Of a stretch of DNA of 64,000 nt, positions 54,817 through 63,645 are shown piece by piece. This stretch comes from a virus. Its lineage: Duplodnaviria; Caudoviricetes. Both the position numbers and the translations under genes were made by a program. The stretch lies in IMG/VR virus record IMGVR_UViG_3300005439_000018, positions 1 to 64,000 of that record. One strand, 5' to 3'. The notes beneath the pieces are model-generated. The model was given only the letters and a program-made list of their open reading frames with translations, was not told the origin of the DNA and ran no database searches. Every line of letters begins with the position of its first letter. Within the stretch, counting starts at the first letter, position 1.

Positions 54817-57336
54817 GTGAGCTGGGCAAAGTGGGACGCCGAGCACCGGGGCCTCAATGTCCATATCGGAAAGAGCGCCACCGGCGGCCTCCGCGTGGTC
54901 TCGGGCGGCAAGCACCTGGGCAACATCGAGCACAGGGGCGGCAAGCACATCGCCGTCGTCAAGAAGGGGGGCGTCCTCGAACACACCGAGCACGACACCC
55001 ACGAGGACGCCCTCAACCACATCCGCCAGGCTCACGGCCTGTCCAAGGGCGGAGCGTCGATGAATGCCGAGGCCGAGGCGCTGGTCAAGCAGCACTCGGC
55101 CAAGAAGACGTCGTCGGCCGAGCAGCTCGCGGCCCAGATCAAGGCGTCGCTGGGGCACACCACCCCCGCCCCCCATGCGGTCACCGAGTCCAAGGCCAAG
55201 AAGAGCACCTCGACCGTCGTCACCGCCGACAAGAGCTCGGCGTCAGTGGTCCACGGCCTGGGCAAGCCCAAGAGCAAGGCCCTGGAGAAGGGCAAGAAGT
55301 ACCACAGCGACTCGATCAAGACCAAGATCCACATCGCCGCCTGGAAGGACAAGAAGGCGGCGGGAGGGGGTGGTGTATCCGCCCCCAAGGCCGCCGCAGT
55401 CCCCAAGGCCGACCCGAAGAAGGCGGCTGAGGAGCACGCCCAGAAGCTCCAGGACGCCGCTCACGCCGCATCGGCCAAGGCCGACAAGTCCGGTACGGTG
55501 GGCGACCACAAGGCCGCCGCCGCCGCGCACAACAAGGCGGCCGATGCCTCCCACGACGTCGGTATGTCCAGTCTGGCCGACCTGCACGACGCACAGGCCC
55601 AGGTGCACGGGCACAAGGCCCAGAAGGCCCAGCTCGGCGAGGAGCAGCAGGCCGCTTTTGACAAGGCGCTGGCGGCCACCACCAAGGCATCCAGTGAGAA
55701 GACCCCCGAGGCCCACAAGGCCGCCCAGGCTGCCCACGAGGCGGCGCTGAAGAAGATCAAGGGCGACGGTACCGACGTCCACGGCCGGTCGGTGTACCAC
55801 CTGAAGTGGGCCGGGTACCACGACGACGAGGCCCAGAAGCTCACGCCGTCGGGTATCCAGCTGCCTCCGCAGCAGGGCGTGTACGGCAACCTGTCGAACA
55901 TGGCCTACAAGGCCACGGCACAGGCCAACAAGGAGAACACGTACGAGGCCCACGAGACCGCCCACAAGGTGCACCTCCAGGCATCCAAGTCGGCGAAGCT
56001 GTCCAAGAACGACAAGATGGCGCAGATTCATGCCGACGCGGCACAGCAGCACAAGGCCGAGGCCGAAAAGTTGCACGCCGCGCCGAGCACCAGCTCGGCG
56101 GCGAAGATCGCGGCCACCGTCACCACTCCCCACTTCGCCTCTCCGCCGACCCAGAAGGACCTGGCCACCCAGGCGGGCAAGTCCAAGAAGGCGGCCGAGG
56201 CAGCGTCGGCCAAGGCCAACAAGACCAACACGGCGGCCGACCACCAGGCGGCCTACGAGGCCCACCTCCAGGCGTACAAGGACGCGAAGGCGGCCGGGTT
56301 CGACTCGTGGGCCAAGGTCCACATGAACAAGCAGGACGAGCACTACAAGGCCAAGAACAAGGTGCTGACGGCCGGGCTGCCCCCCGCCCCGGCGGCCAAG
56401 AAGACCACGGCGGCCCCCGCCAAGAAGGTGGCGGCCCCGGCCGCTGCGGCGCCCACCCCGTCCGGCGGCACAAAGTCCAAGTTGGAGACGGCGGCCGATG
56501 CCGCCGACAGGGCGTCCCGGGAGGCAGAGGCCGAACCGACCAAGGAGAACCACCTGGCGGCGGCCGAGGCCCACAAGGCGGCGCTGTCCGCGTCGTACTA
56601 CGACACCCACGCCAAGGCGGCGAACTACCACCAGATGATGCAGTCGTACCACGCGGCGGCGGCGTCGAACCCGGCCGGGCTGAAGAAGCCCGAGGTGCTG
56701 AAGGAGCACAAGGACGAGAAGGCCGACCTGTTCCCCCCGGAGACCCACGGGCTGCACGTCGGGTTCCAGGACACGGCCAGCCGCCGCAAGGGCCAGCAGG
56801 CGTACGACTCGGTCACCAAGGCGTCCGCCACCGGCCTGTCGCCGTCTGAGCGGTCGTCGGTCCACGCCTACACCGGGTCCTGGTACAAGAGCATCAACCG
56901 CTACCTGCGCAAGCAGGACAGCGGCACCGCCACCGTGAAGGGTCACGTCCAGCAGCTGGACTCCGCGTTCGACAAGCAGCCCCCTCTGAAGGACGACCTG
57001 ATCACCTACCGGGGCATCAGCGACGCTTCCGAGCTGTTCGGAGACGTCGGCAGCCACGTGGGCGGCGAGTTCCAGGACCACGGGTACGGCAGCAGCGCGT
57101 CCAATGCCGCAGTCACCCACGGGTTCAGCTCCAGCGGCGTGAGCGGCGCCCTGGTCCGTATCCTGCACCCGGCCGGGACCAAGGTCCTGAAGCCGTCGGA
57201 CGTGGGCTCGTTCGGAGACTCCGAACGCGAGCTGCTGATACCCCGGGGGACGAAGTTCCACGTGGCCGCCGACCGGCTGGTGACCGACCAGAACGGCAAG
57301 ACCCGCCGACTGATCGACCTGGTGCGTAAGGACTGA
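54817..57336 (+). CDS. VIP2-like ADP-ribosyltransferase 2 (head-associated)
   Basis: YTGSWYKSINRYLR, TYRG, YGSSA, ERELLIPRG; long Ala/Lys/His repeat region. Confidence 0.9.
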   Translation: MSWAKWDAEHRGLNVHIGKSATGGLRVVSGGKHLGNIEHRGGKHIAVVKKGGVLEHTEHDTHEDALNHIRQAHGLSKGGASMNAEAEALVKQHSAKKTSSAEQLAAQIKASLGHTTPAPHAVTESKAKKSTSTVVTADKSSASVVHGLGKPKSKALEKGKKYHSDSIKTKIHIAAWKDKKAAGGGGVSAPKAAAVPKADPKKAAEEHAQKLQDAAHAASAKADKSGTVGDHKAAAAAHNKAADASHDVGMSSLADLHDAQAQVHGHKAQKAQLGEEQQAAFDKALAATTKASSEKTPEAHKAAQAAHEAALKKIKGDGTDVHGRSVYHLKWAGYHDDEAQKLTPSGIQLPPQQGVYGNLSNMAYKATAQANKENTYEAHETAHKVHLQASKSAKLSKNDKMAQIHADAAQQHKAEAEKLHAAPSTSSAAKIAATVTTPHFASPPTQKDLATQAGKSKKAAEAASAKANKTNTAADHQAAYEAHLQAYKDAKAAGFDSWAKVHMNKQDEHYKAKNKVLTAGLPPAPAAKKTTAAPAKKVAAPAAAAPTPSGGTKSKLETAADAADRASREAEAEPTKENHLAAAEAHKAALSASYYDTHAKAANYHQMMQSYHAAAASNPAGLKKPEVLKEHKDEKADLFPPETHGLHVGFQDTASRRKGQQAYDSVTKASATGLSPSERSSVHAYTGSWYKSINRYLRKQDSGTATVKGHVQQLDSAFDKQPPLKDDLITYRGISDASELFGDVGSHVGGEFQDHGYGSSASNAAVTHGFSSSGVSGALVRILHPAGTKVLKPSDVGSFGDSERELLIPRGTKFHVAADRLVTDQNGKTRRLIDLVRKD

Positions 57337-57395
57337 CCTTTGCCCGGCCGTCATACCCCCATGGTACAATGGAAAGAGAGCAAGGAGGCACCACC

Positions 57396-57575
57396 ATGGC
57401 CAAGGACCCGCGCCAGCCGCACGGCGGCGACGACCCGGAGGACTCCGGCAGCGCCGACAAGTTCACATGGAGGCCGGGGGAGGTGGTGTGGACCCGTAAG
57501 CCCACATCGGCCCAGCAGCTCGCCGGGCGCCTGAAGGCCAACGAGGGCCCGGGCCGCCCGGTCAAGAAGCGGTGA
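57396..57575 (+). CDS. Small protein downstream of the ARTs (possible immunity factor)
   Basis: AAGGAGG RBS; DKFTWRPGEV; own promoter TTGCCC-N19-TACAAT at 57340. Confidence 0.65.
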   Translation: MAKDPRQPHGGDDPEDSGSADKFTWRPGEVVWTRKPTSAQQLAGRLKANEGPGRPVKKR

Positions 57576-57581
57576 CCGGCG

Positions 57582-58712
57582 GTGGCGGCCGACAGCTCCG
57601 GTAACACACCGGCCGAGCAGCAGGCCGTCACCTCCACCAAGCTGGAGAACGTGGCGGCGGTCGCTGCCATGCTTGCCCTGGAGCGCGAGGCCGTCAGTGC
57701 GGCCTCCGCCCCCCTGCGTACCGCGATCGCCAACATATTCCGCCTGATGGCCGGGCGGTACGTCATCCTCGCCGGTGCCCTGGACCGCCCGGCCACGCCC
57801 GAGGTCACCCGCCAGCTGTCCGAGACTCTGGCCCTGGAGCTGGAGACCCTGCGGGCGATCGACCCCACCCCCGCACTGGAGAAGGCCGCCACCGACGCCA
57901 GCCGCCTGGGGCTGGAATATGCAAACAGGCGCATGACAGACGCCTTCCCGGACACCACCCCCCACCCGCCCGAGGACACGGTCCGGTCCCCCGAGGTCGA
58001 GCAGCTGGTCCGGGAGGCCCCCGGCCGCATCTCCAAGGCGGTGGACGACGCCCAGGAGTTCGCCGAGGCGGTCCCGGCAGCCGACTGGGCGGGGGTGGTG
58101 CAGCAGGTGGGCAAGGCGGCCCAGGCCGCGACCAGCCTGGAGAAGACCACCGCGCAGGTGGTGGCCACGGCCCACAACGACAGCATCCAGTCGGTGGCCG
58201 CCGCCAAGGGGGCCCGCCTGCTGTGGGTGGCCGAGCCCGATGCGTGCGTGGTCTGCCTGGCCCTGTCCGGGCATCTGGCCGACCCGAACACCGGCGAGTG
58301 GTTCGACGAGGAGGCCACCTTCGGCAAGCCGGGGTCGGCCATGCGGGTGTGGCCCCCCGGCCAGCCGCTGAAGGGCCCGCCGCGCCACCCCCACTGCCGG
58401 TGCGTCCCCGAGCTGTGGTTCGGGGCGTCCCTGCCGGTGGGCCACCCCGGCGAGACCTCGCTGTACAACGCCCCGGACCTCGCAGCACAGGTCGACCTGC
58501 CCGCCGCCCTGCGCCGCGAGGCCAAGCGGTCGGTCCTGTACGGCTGGTCCCTGCCGTCCGAGTCCGGCACTGTCCGGCTGAAGGCGGCCGAGCGGCTGCT
58601 GGCCAAGGGTGCCGGGCTGCCCAAGTCGGTCGAGGAGCGGGCCCGGAAGGCGGTCAAGGCCGGGAAGTTCGACAACCGGATACACCCGTCCAAGAGGACT
58701 GCGAAGCGGTAG
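57582..58712 (+). CDS. MuF-like minor head / capsid maturation protein
   Basis: WVAEPDACVVCLALSG...PPRHPHCRC. Confidence 0.85.
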   Translation: MAADSSGNTPAEQQAVTSTKLENVAAVAAMLALEREAVSAASAPLRTAIANIFRLMAGRYVILAGALDRPATPEVTRQLSETLALELETLRAIDPTPALEKAATDASRLGLEYANRRMTDAFPDTTPHPPEDTVRSPEVEQLVREAPGRISKAVDDAQEFAEAVPAADWAGVVQQVGKAAQAATSLEKTTAQVVATAHNDSIQSVAAAKGARLLWVAEPDACVVCLALSGHLADPNTGEWFDEEATFGKPGSAMRVWPPGQPLKGPPRHPHCRCVPELWFGASLPVGHPGETSLYNAPDLAAQVDLPAALRREAKRSVLYGWSLPSESGTVRLKAAERLLAKGAGLPKSVEERARKAVKAGKFDNRIHPSKRTAKR

Positions 58713-58781
58713 TGTCGATGTTAAACTGGGTGCCAGTCCGTGGATGCGGGCAGTAAAGGTCCCAGTTGGGAGACACACGAC

Positions 58782-59621
58782 GTGAATCACCCCCGCCTGA
58801 CGCCCGTTCCGGGCACCCCCATCGGCTACCTCGCCTCGGGACAGCCGGTGTATCCCTTTGCCGGGGCGTCCCCGGACGACGACACCCTGGAGGTCGGCCC
58901 CGACGACGAGCCGGACGACGTCGAAGACGAGCTCGAGGAGGACGACCCCTCGGACGATGAGAGGGAGTACCGGCCTCCGTCCCGCGCCGAGTGGGTCAAG
59001 GTGCAGGCGTCCCTGGTCAAGGCCAACGGGTCGGCCAAGCAGCGCCGGGAAGCCATGGCCGCCCTCCAGAAGCAGGTCGACGAGCTGCTGGCCGAGAAGG
59101 CCGAGCGCGAGACCGACGAGGAGCGCCGGGCCCTGGCGAAGGGGGCAGTGAAGCCCGGCGACAAGAAGAAGGCGGCGGGGGGTGGTGCAGCCCCGGTCCT
59201 GCCGGACGGCGTGTTTACCAAGACCCAGGTCCGCCAGCAGCTGGCCGCCGCCACCAAGGAGGCCGAGGAGCGCGTCGAGGGCAAGTACCGGGACATCGCC
59301 GTGAAGTCGGCGGCCCGGGCGGCCCTGTCCGAGGCCGGTGTCCAGGGCGGTGGTGTCTCCCGGCTGGTCAAGCTGCTGGACCTGCACGCGGTCGAGCTGG
59401 ACGAGGACGGCGACGTGTCCGCCGGGCTCGACGAGCAGATCGAGGAGCTGAAGCAGGAGTTCCCCCAGCTGTTCAAGGAGCCCGAGCCGGTGCGCCCGGT
59501 GCGGCGGAGGGCCGCCGCGCCCCGGGGTGCGAACGGCGCCGGTCGCGAGGCGCTGCCGGAGGACACCGTCCGCCTGTCGACCGCTGAGAAGATCGCGCGC
59601 CAGGCGTTGGGCAGCAGGTAG
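58782..59621 (+). CDS. Scaffolding protein
   Basis: Acidic N-terminus, coiled coil, IE.LK..FPQLF; precedes the capsid gene. Confidence 0.85.
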   Translation: MNHPRLTPVPGTPIGYLASGQPVYPFAGASPDDDTLEVGPDDEPDDVEDELEEDDPSDDEREYRPPSRAEWVKVQASLVKANGSAKQRREAMAALQKQVDELLAEKAERETDEERRALAKGAVKPGDKKKAAGGGAAPVLPDGVFTKTQVRQQLAAATKEAEERVEGKYRDIAVKSAARAALSEAGVQGGGVSRLVKLLDLHAVELDEDGDVSAGLDEQIEELKQEFPQLFKEPEPVRPVRRRAAAPRGANGAGREALPEDTVRLSTAEKIARQALGSR

Positions 59622-59734
59622 TGGCACCCCAGATGTTGACGTGGTAACATAGTACCAGCCTGCGGATGCGGGTGGATTGACCTGGATCGGTCAAAGAAAC
59701 AGACAATCCACCCACACCCCAGGAGGGACGCGGA

Positions 59735-60784
59735 ATGTTCCGCATCAACCTGCTGGCGTCCGGACCGGCTGTCGCGCCCAAGACGCTGATCGGTTACCTG
59801 GACTCCGGCGCGCCGGTCTTCGCACTCGCGGGTGGCGCCCGCGACACGATGGAAGCGTGGATCCCCGAGGAGTTCGACTCCCAGGTGATCATGCGCGTGA
59901 ACCAGATCTCCGGCGTCGAGGCGCTCGGATCCCCGGTTCCGATGAACTCCGAGACCCGCTCCGTGCCGCGTTCGGCCGGTGTCGGCGTGGCTCTGGTCGC
60001 CAAGGGCGGCACCTACAGCGAGGACCAGTCGGTCAACGACTCGGTCATCCTGTCGGCCCAGAAGTTCGGCCAGGCCGTCCGCATCGCGGAAGAGGACATC
60101 GACGACTCAATCGCCGACGTCATCGCCACGAAGCAGAAGGACTGGGCGACCTCGTACGGCAAGATGTTCGACAACGCCTGCCTGGCCACGTCGGCCGCTG
60201 CGGGCGCGGGCGTCCCGTTCAACAGCGTGTACTACTCGCTGACCCAGTCGAACTCGAACACCGGCTACACGGCCAACTCGAACCTGACCCAGACGGGTAG
60301 CGCGGGCACCACCTACGCCACCCTGTCCCAGTCCCTGGGCAACGTCGAGCGCGGCAACTACTTCGACATCTCGGAGATGGTCTGCCTCGCGCACCCGGCG
60401 TACCGCAACCTGCTGCGGAACATCAAGGACTCCAACCAGCGCCCGATCTTCCAGGAGTCGAGCGCGGGCTTCCCCGGCGGCGGCATGGCCGCCAGCCCGG
60501 ACACGATCTTCGGTATCCCGATCCACTGGTCCCTGGGCGCGATGACCTCCGCCACGGCGACGCCGACCCCGACCGGCAACCCGCTGCTGATCTGGGCGAA
60601 CCGGAACTACATGATCGTCGGCCGCCGCTCCGGCCCGGAGTCGGTGTTCATCGACGGCCGCAACGGTCTGTCGGCCCTCACCGACGAGTCGATCCTGAAG
60701 ATGCGCGCCCGGCGCGCCTTCGCGGTCGGCCACGAGGCCGCGTTCTCGGTCCACGAGGACAACTCCGGCAACATCAACCTCTGA
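59735..60784 (+). CDS. Major capsid protein (HK97 fold)
   Basis: WIPEEF, KFG..V.IAEEDIDDS, HP.Y..LR..KDSNQRPIF, RARRAF. Confidence 0.92.
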   Translation: MFRINLLASGPAVAPKTLIGYLDSGAPVFALAGGARDTMEAWIPEEFDSQVIMRVNQISGVEALGSPVPMNSETRSVPRSAGVGVALVAKGGTYSEDQSVNDSVILSAQKFGQAVRIAEEDIDDSIADVIATKQKDWATSYGKMFDNACLATSAAAGAGVPFNSVYYSLTQSNSNTGYTANSNLTQTGSAGTTYATLSQSLGNVERGNYFDISEMVCLAHPAYRNLLRNIKDSNQRPIFQESSAGFPGGGMAASPDTIFGIPIHWSLGAMTSATATPTPTGNPLLIWANRNYMIVGRRSGPESVFIDGRNGLSALTDESILKMRARRAFAVGHEAAFSVHEDNSGNINL

Positions 60785-60864
60785 TCGGGGCCGTCCTAGA
60801 CGGCGGGCGGCGCCTTCAGGCGGGTCGCCGCCCGCTCCCCGGTCCTCCAGAAACGGAGACCCTC

Positions 60865-61317
60865 ATGGCAGATTTCACCGGCGGGCAGTTCCCCTCTCTC
60901 GACGGCAATCCCGAAGCCGAAGTGGCCCAGCGCACCGAGCTGCCGACCGAGGGCAGCTGGTTCCGCAAGCAGTTCGTCGTGCACAACCGGTCCCACACCC
61001 GGGACCTGTCGGAGGACCACGAGGTCCATCTGGCCAACCTCGGGTCGGTCCTCCAGGATGCGCTCCAGCGCGGGCTGCACCCCAAGGACGCCCCGGAGCT
61101 GGAATCCGAGGACGACCACGACTGGGAGAAGGACACCACCGTCCTGACCTACCGGGTCCCCGTGGTCCCGGCGGTCGCCGACGACCACCCGGAGACCACC
61201 GTCACGCCCTCGGTGCTGGCCTGGGCGCTGGCCCAGCGGGCCGGTCACGACCAGGACGAGCCGGTCATCGCCCCGGTCCCCGAGCCCAAGGCTTCCGCTG
61301 AGGAGCCGACGGAGTGA
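60865..61317 (+). CDS. Hypothetical head-region protein
   Basis: ALQRGLHP...LTYRVPV; follows the capsid terminator. Confidence 0.7.
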   Translation: MADFTGGQFPSLDGNPEAEVAQRTELPTEGSWFRKQFVVHNRSHTRDLSEDHEVHLANLGSVLQDALQRGLHPKDAPELESEDDHDWEKDTTVLTYRVPVVPAVADDHPETTVTPSVLAWALAQRAGHDQDEPVIAPVPEPKASAEEPTE

Positions 61318-62153
61318 CCCTCTCGACCAACCAGGGTGCGACGGCGGTCGTCCAGTCCTCCTGGTCGGTCGGCGGCGTCCCCACCGACGTCAGCAACCTG
61401 ACCGTGGCCGTGTCGGCCGTGTCCGACGGGTCCCCGGTCGTCTCTCCCACCGCCTCAGGCATCTACCACGCCAGCACCGGCGAGTACACCTTCAGCTGGG
61501 CCGTGCCCACCACCCAGGCGGTCGGCGACTATCTGGCCACCTGGTCCGGGACGCTGGCGGGGGTAGCGTCCACCCAGCAGGTGGTGGTCACGGTCCAGGA
61601 TACGAACTTCGGGTTCCCCAGCTTCCTGACCTGGTGCGACATCTCCCTGACCGAGGGCCCCATGGACAACCGGGGCACGATCCACGCGGTCGACCCGGTG
61701 GCCTGGGTCAAGTCCGTCACCGGCCAGACCCTGACGATGGACAGCATCAACCAGGGGCAGCAGGTCCTGAACCTGTACAGCAACTATACCCCGGAGTCCA
61801 GCGGGTTCAACATGCAGCCGTTCGACCTGCTGTGGCTGCGGTACGGGCTGGCCTATCAGTCCACCTGGATGACCCAGCAGCCGGGCCTGCTGTACCGTGC
61901 CGGGGTTACCTCGATCTCCCAGGACGGGCTGTCCACCAACTTCGCCGACGCGCGGGCCATCATGCTGGCCCCGTTGGCGGTCCGCGCCCTCAAGCAGCTG
62001 TCCTGGCAGAAGTCCCGCTCCCTGCGGGTGCGCGTCCCGTTCATCGACGACCAGACGCCGATGTCCTCCGACCCGGACGCCGAGGCCAACGACCTGTACG
62101 AGCGCTGGGTGGACATGTACAACTTCGGGTATCGCGGATCGTCGGTCCCGTAA
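61314..62153 (+). CDS. Head-to-tail adaptor
   Basis: Ig-like N-terminus; Q..W...SISQDGLS...LAPLA.RALK.LSW. Confidence 0.75.
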   Translation: MTLSTNQGATAVVQSSWSVGGVPTDVSNLTVAVSAVSDGSPVVSPTASGIYHASTGEYTFSWAVPTTQAVGDYLATWSGTLAGVASTQQVVVTVQDTNFGFPSFLTWCDISLTEGPMDNRGTIHAVDPVAWVKSVTGQTLTMDSINQGQQVLNLYSNYTPESSGFNMQPFDLLWLRYGLAYQSTWMTQQPGLLYRAGVTSISQDGLSTNFADARAIMLAPLAVRALKQLSWQKSRSLRVRVPFIDDQTPMSSDPDAEANDLYERWVDMYNFGYRGSSVP

Positions 62154-62560
62154 TGGGCCGCTCCGCCGACGCCATCGCCCTGCGCGAGCAGGTCTACCAG
62201 CAGATGCTCCGCAAGTTCCCGCCGGACTCGATCGCCTGGGTCCGGCAGGTCCGCTGGTCCGGTCCCGCCCAGGTCCCGCTGTCCGATATCGACAGCACCG
62301 GCCGGGACAGCTGGCGTGCCAGCCACGAGCCCGCCGGGGTCGAGGAGCACCGCCGCAAGGAGGCGTCCGGCACCGCCCGCCCGATCGTCCTGGTACAGCC
62401 CCCCGGCGGCCGGAAGACGATCGTGGACGGCCATCACCGGTTCCTGGGGGCCGAGCAGAACGGGCAGTCCGCCATCCTGGCCTGGACGGCCTCGGTGCCT
62501 GCCGCGACCGGCCCGTGGACCGAGACCCACTCGTCCCAGAAGGGCGGCCCGAGCAACTGA
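62153..62560 (+). CDS. ParB/Srx-like domain protein
   Basis: PIVLV...TIVDGHHRF.A. Confidence 0.75.
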   Translation: MGRSADAIALREQVYQQMLRKFPPDSIAWVRQVRWSGPAQVPLSDIDSTGRDSWRASHEPAGVEEHRRKEASGTARPIVLVQPPGGRKTIVDGHHRFLGAEQNGQSAILAWTASVPAATGPWTETHSSQKGGPSN

Positions 62561-62889
62561 TGCAGGCAATCCCCACCACCACGGTCAGCATCCTGCGCGG
62601 TACCACCGAGACCGACGCGGGCGACATCGTGGACAGCCTCACCCCCAGGTACACCGGCATCCCGGCCTCGATCATGGAGCGGACCCGGAACGGCATCGAC
62701 TCGGTCAGCTTCGAACCCCGGGTGTACCGCTACACCACCTGCCGCCTCCCGTCGGGCACCGACGTCCTGGACACCGACCTGATCCTGGACGAGCGAACCG
62801 GCAAGCAGTACTCCATCTCGGCCGTCTCCCGGCTGGGGTCGTTCGTGCACGTCCCGGACCTGCGGCTGGACCTCCAGTACGTCAACTGA
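62560..62889 (+). CDS. Head-to-tail stopper
   Basis: TVSILRGT...GIPASI...D.I.DERTG..Y.I..V. Confidence 0.75.
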   Translation: MQAIPTTTVSILRGTTETDAGDIVDSLTPRYTGIPASIMERTRNGIDSVSFEPRVYRYTTCRLPSGTDVLDTDLILDERTGKQYSISAVSRLGSFVHVPDLRLDLQYVN

Positions 62890-62948
62890 CACCACCCCCC
62901 TCTCCGGTGTACAATTAACCTGAACTTCACCGACCGAGGGAGACCCCG

Positions 62949-63173
62949 ATGGCCAGCATCCCGAACCTGGGTACCCGCGACCCCCTGAACGCCGACCGCA
63001 AGGCGGGCAACGCCAGCAACGGCGTGACCCCCGGCTCGTCGGCCAAACTCCTGAAGGGCGGCGGCTCGATCGGCGGCGCCCAGGAGGCGGGCCACCAGCC
63101 GTCGAAGAAGGCCCACCCCCAGGGCCCGTTCGTCGACCGCGACGGCAACCGCTTCCGGATGCCGAGCTGCTGA
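62949..63173 (+). CDS. Small hypothetical protein flanked by inverted repeats
   Basis: GAGGGAG RBS; TACAAT -10 upstream. Confidence 0.6.
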   Translation: MASIPNLGTRDPLNADRKAGNASNGVTPGSSAKLLKGGGSIGGAQEAGHQPSKKAHPQGPFVDRDGNRFRMPSC

Positions 63174-63273
63174 GCGACGCCCGCACCACAACTGAACCGC
63201 ACTGCTGCGCCGCCCCCGTTCGACCGGAGTAGATCCGGGAGGGGGGTGGTGTAGCCACCCGACGTAGAGGAGG

Positions 63274-63645
63274 GTGTGGCAGGTGGCCACCGAGCTGCAC
63301 TTTGAGGATGACTGGTTTGACCAGTTCGCCATGCCCGCGATCAACCAGGCGGTCATGAAGGTCACCGTCGCTGTCCGCGACGACGCTCGGAAGGTCTGCC
63401 CCGTCGACACCGGCGCCCTGAAGGCGTCGCTGGTCGCCCTCAACTCCGGGATCGGCCAGGGACGCGTCGCGTCCCATATGCCGTATGCCGCCGCCGTCGA
63501 GCTCGGGTTCAACGGCGTGGTGACGGTGCGGGCCCACATGCGCAACGGCCACCCGGTGCGCGAGCACACGGCCCACATGAACACCCCGGCCCAGCCGTAC
63601 CTGCGCCCGTCGCTGTACCGCAAGCGCGACCTCGGGGACCTGTGA
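63274..63645 (+). CDS. HK97 gp10-like tail completion protein
   Basis: CPVDTGALKAS...YAAAVELG...TPAQPYLRPSL. Confidence 0.85.
   Translation: MWQVATELHFEDDWFDQFAMPAINQAVMKVTVAVRDDARKVCPVDTGALKASLVALNSGIGQGRVASHMPYAAAVELGFNGVVTVRAHMRNGHPVREHTAHMNTPAQPYLRPSLYRKRDLGDL

Larger units (their letters stand above)
3045..63252 (+). repeat. Dispersed polar G-rich motif, consensus GGGGG(A)GGTGGTG(T/C)
   Basis: About 40 copies counted by eye, nearly all on the + strand, intragenic in different frames and intergenic. Confidence 0.85.

Noticed and set aside
3045-63252. G-rich motif as mere Gly-Gly-Val codon bias or as L5-type stoperators
   Set aside because: It occurs in several frames and in intergenic DNA, and its orientation does not follow transcription direction
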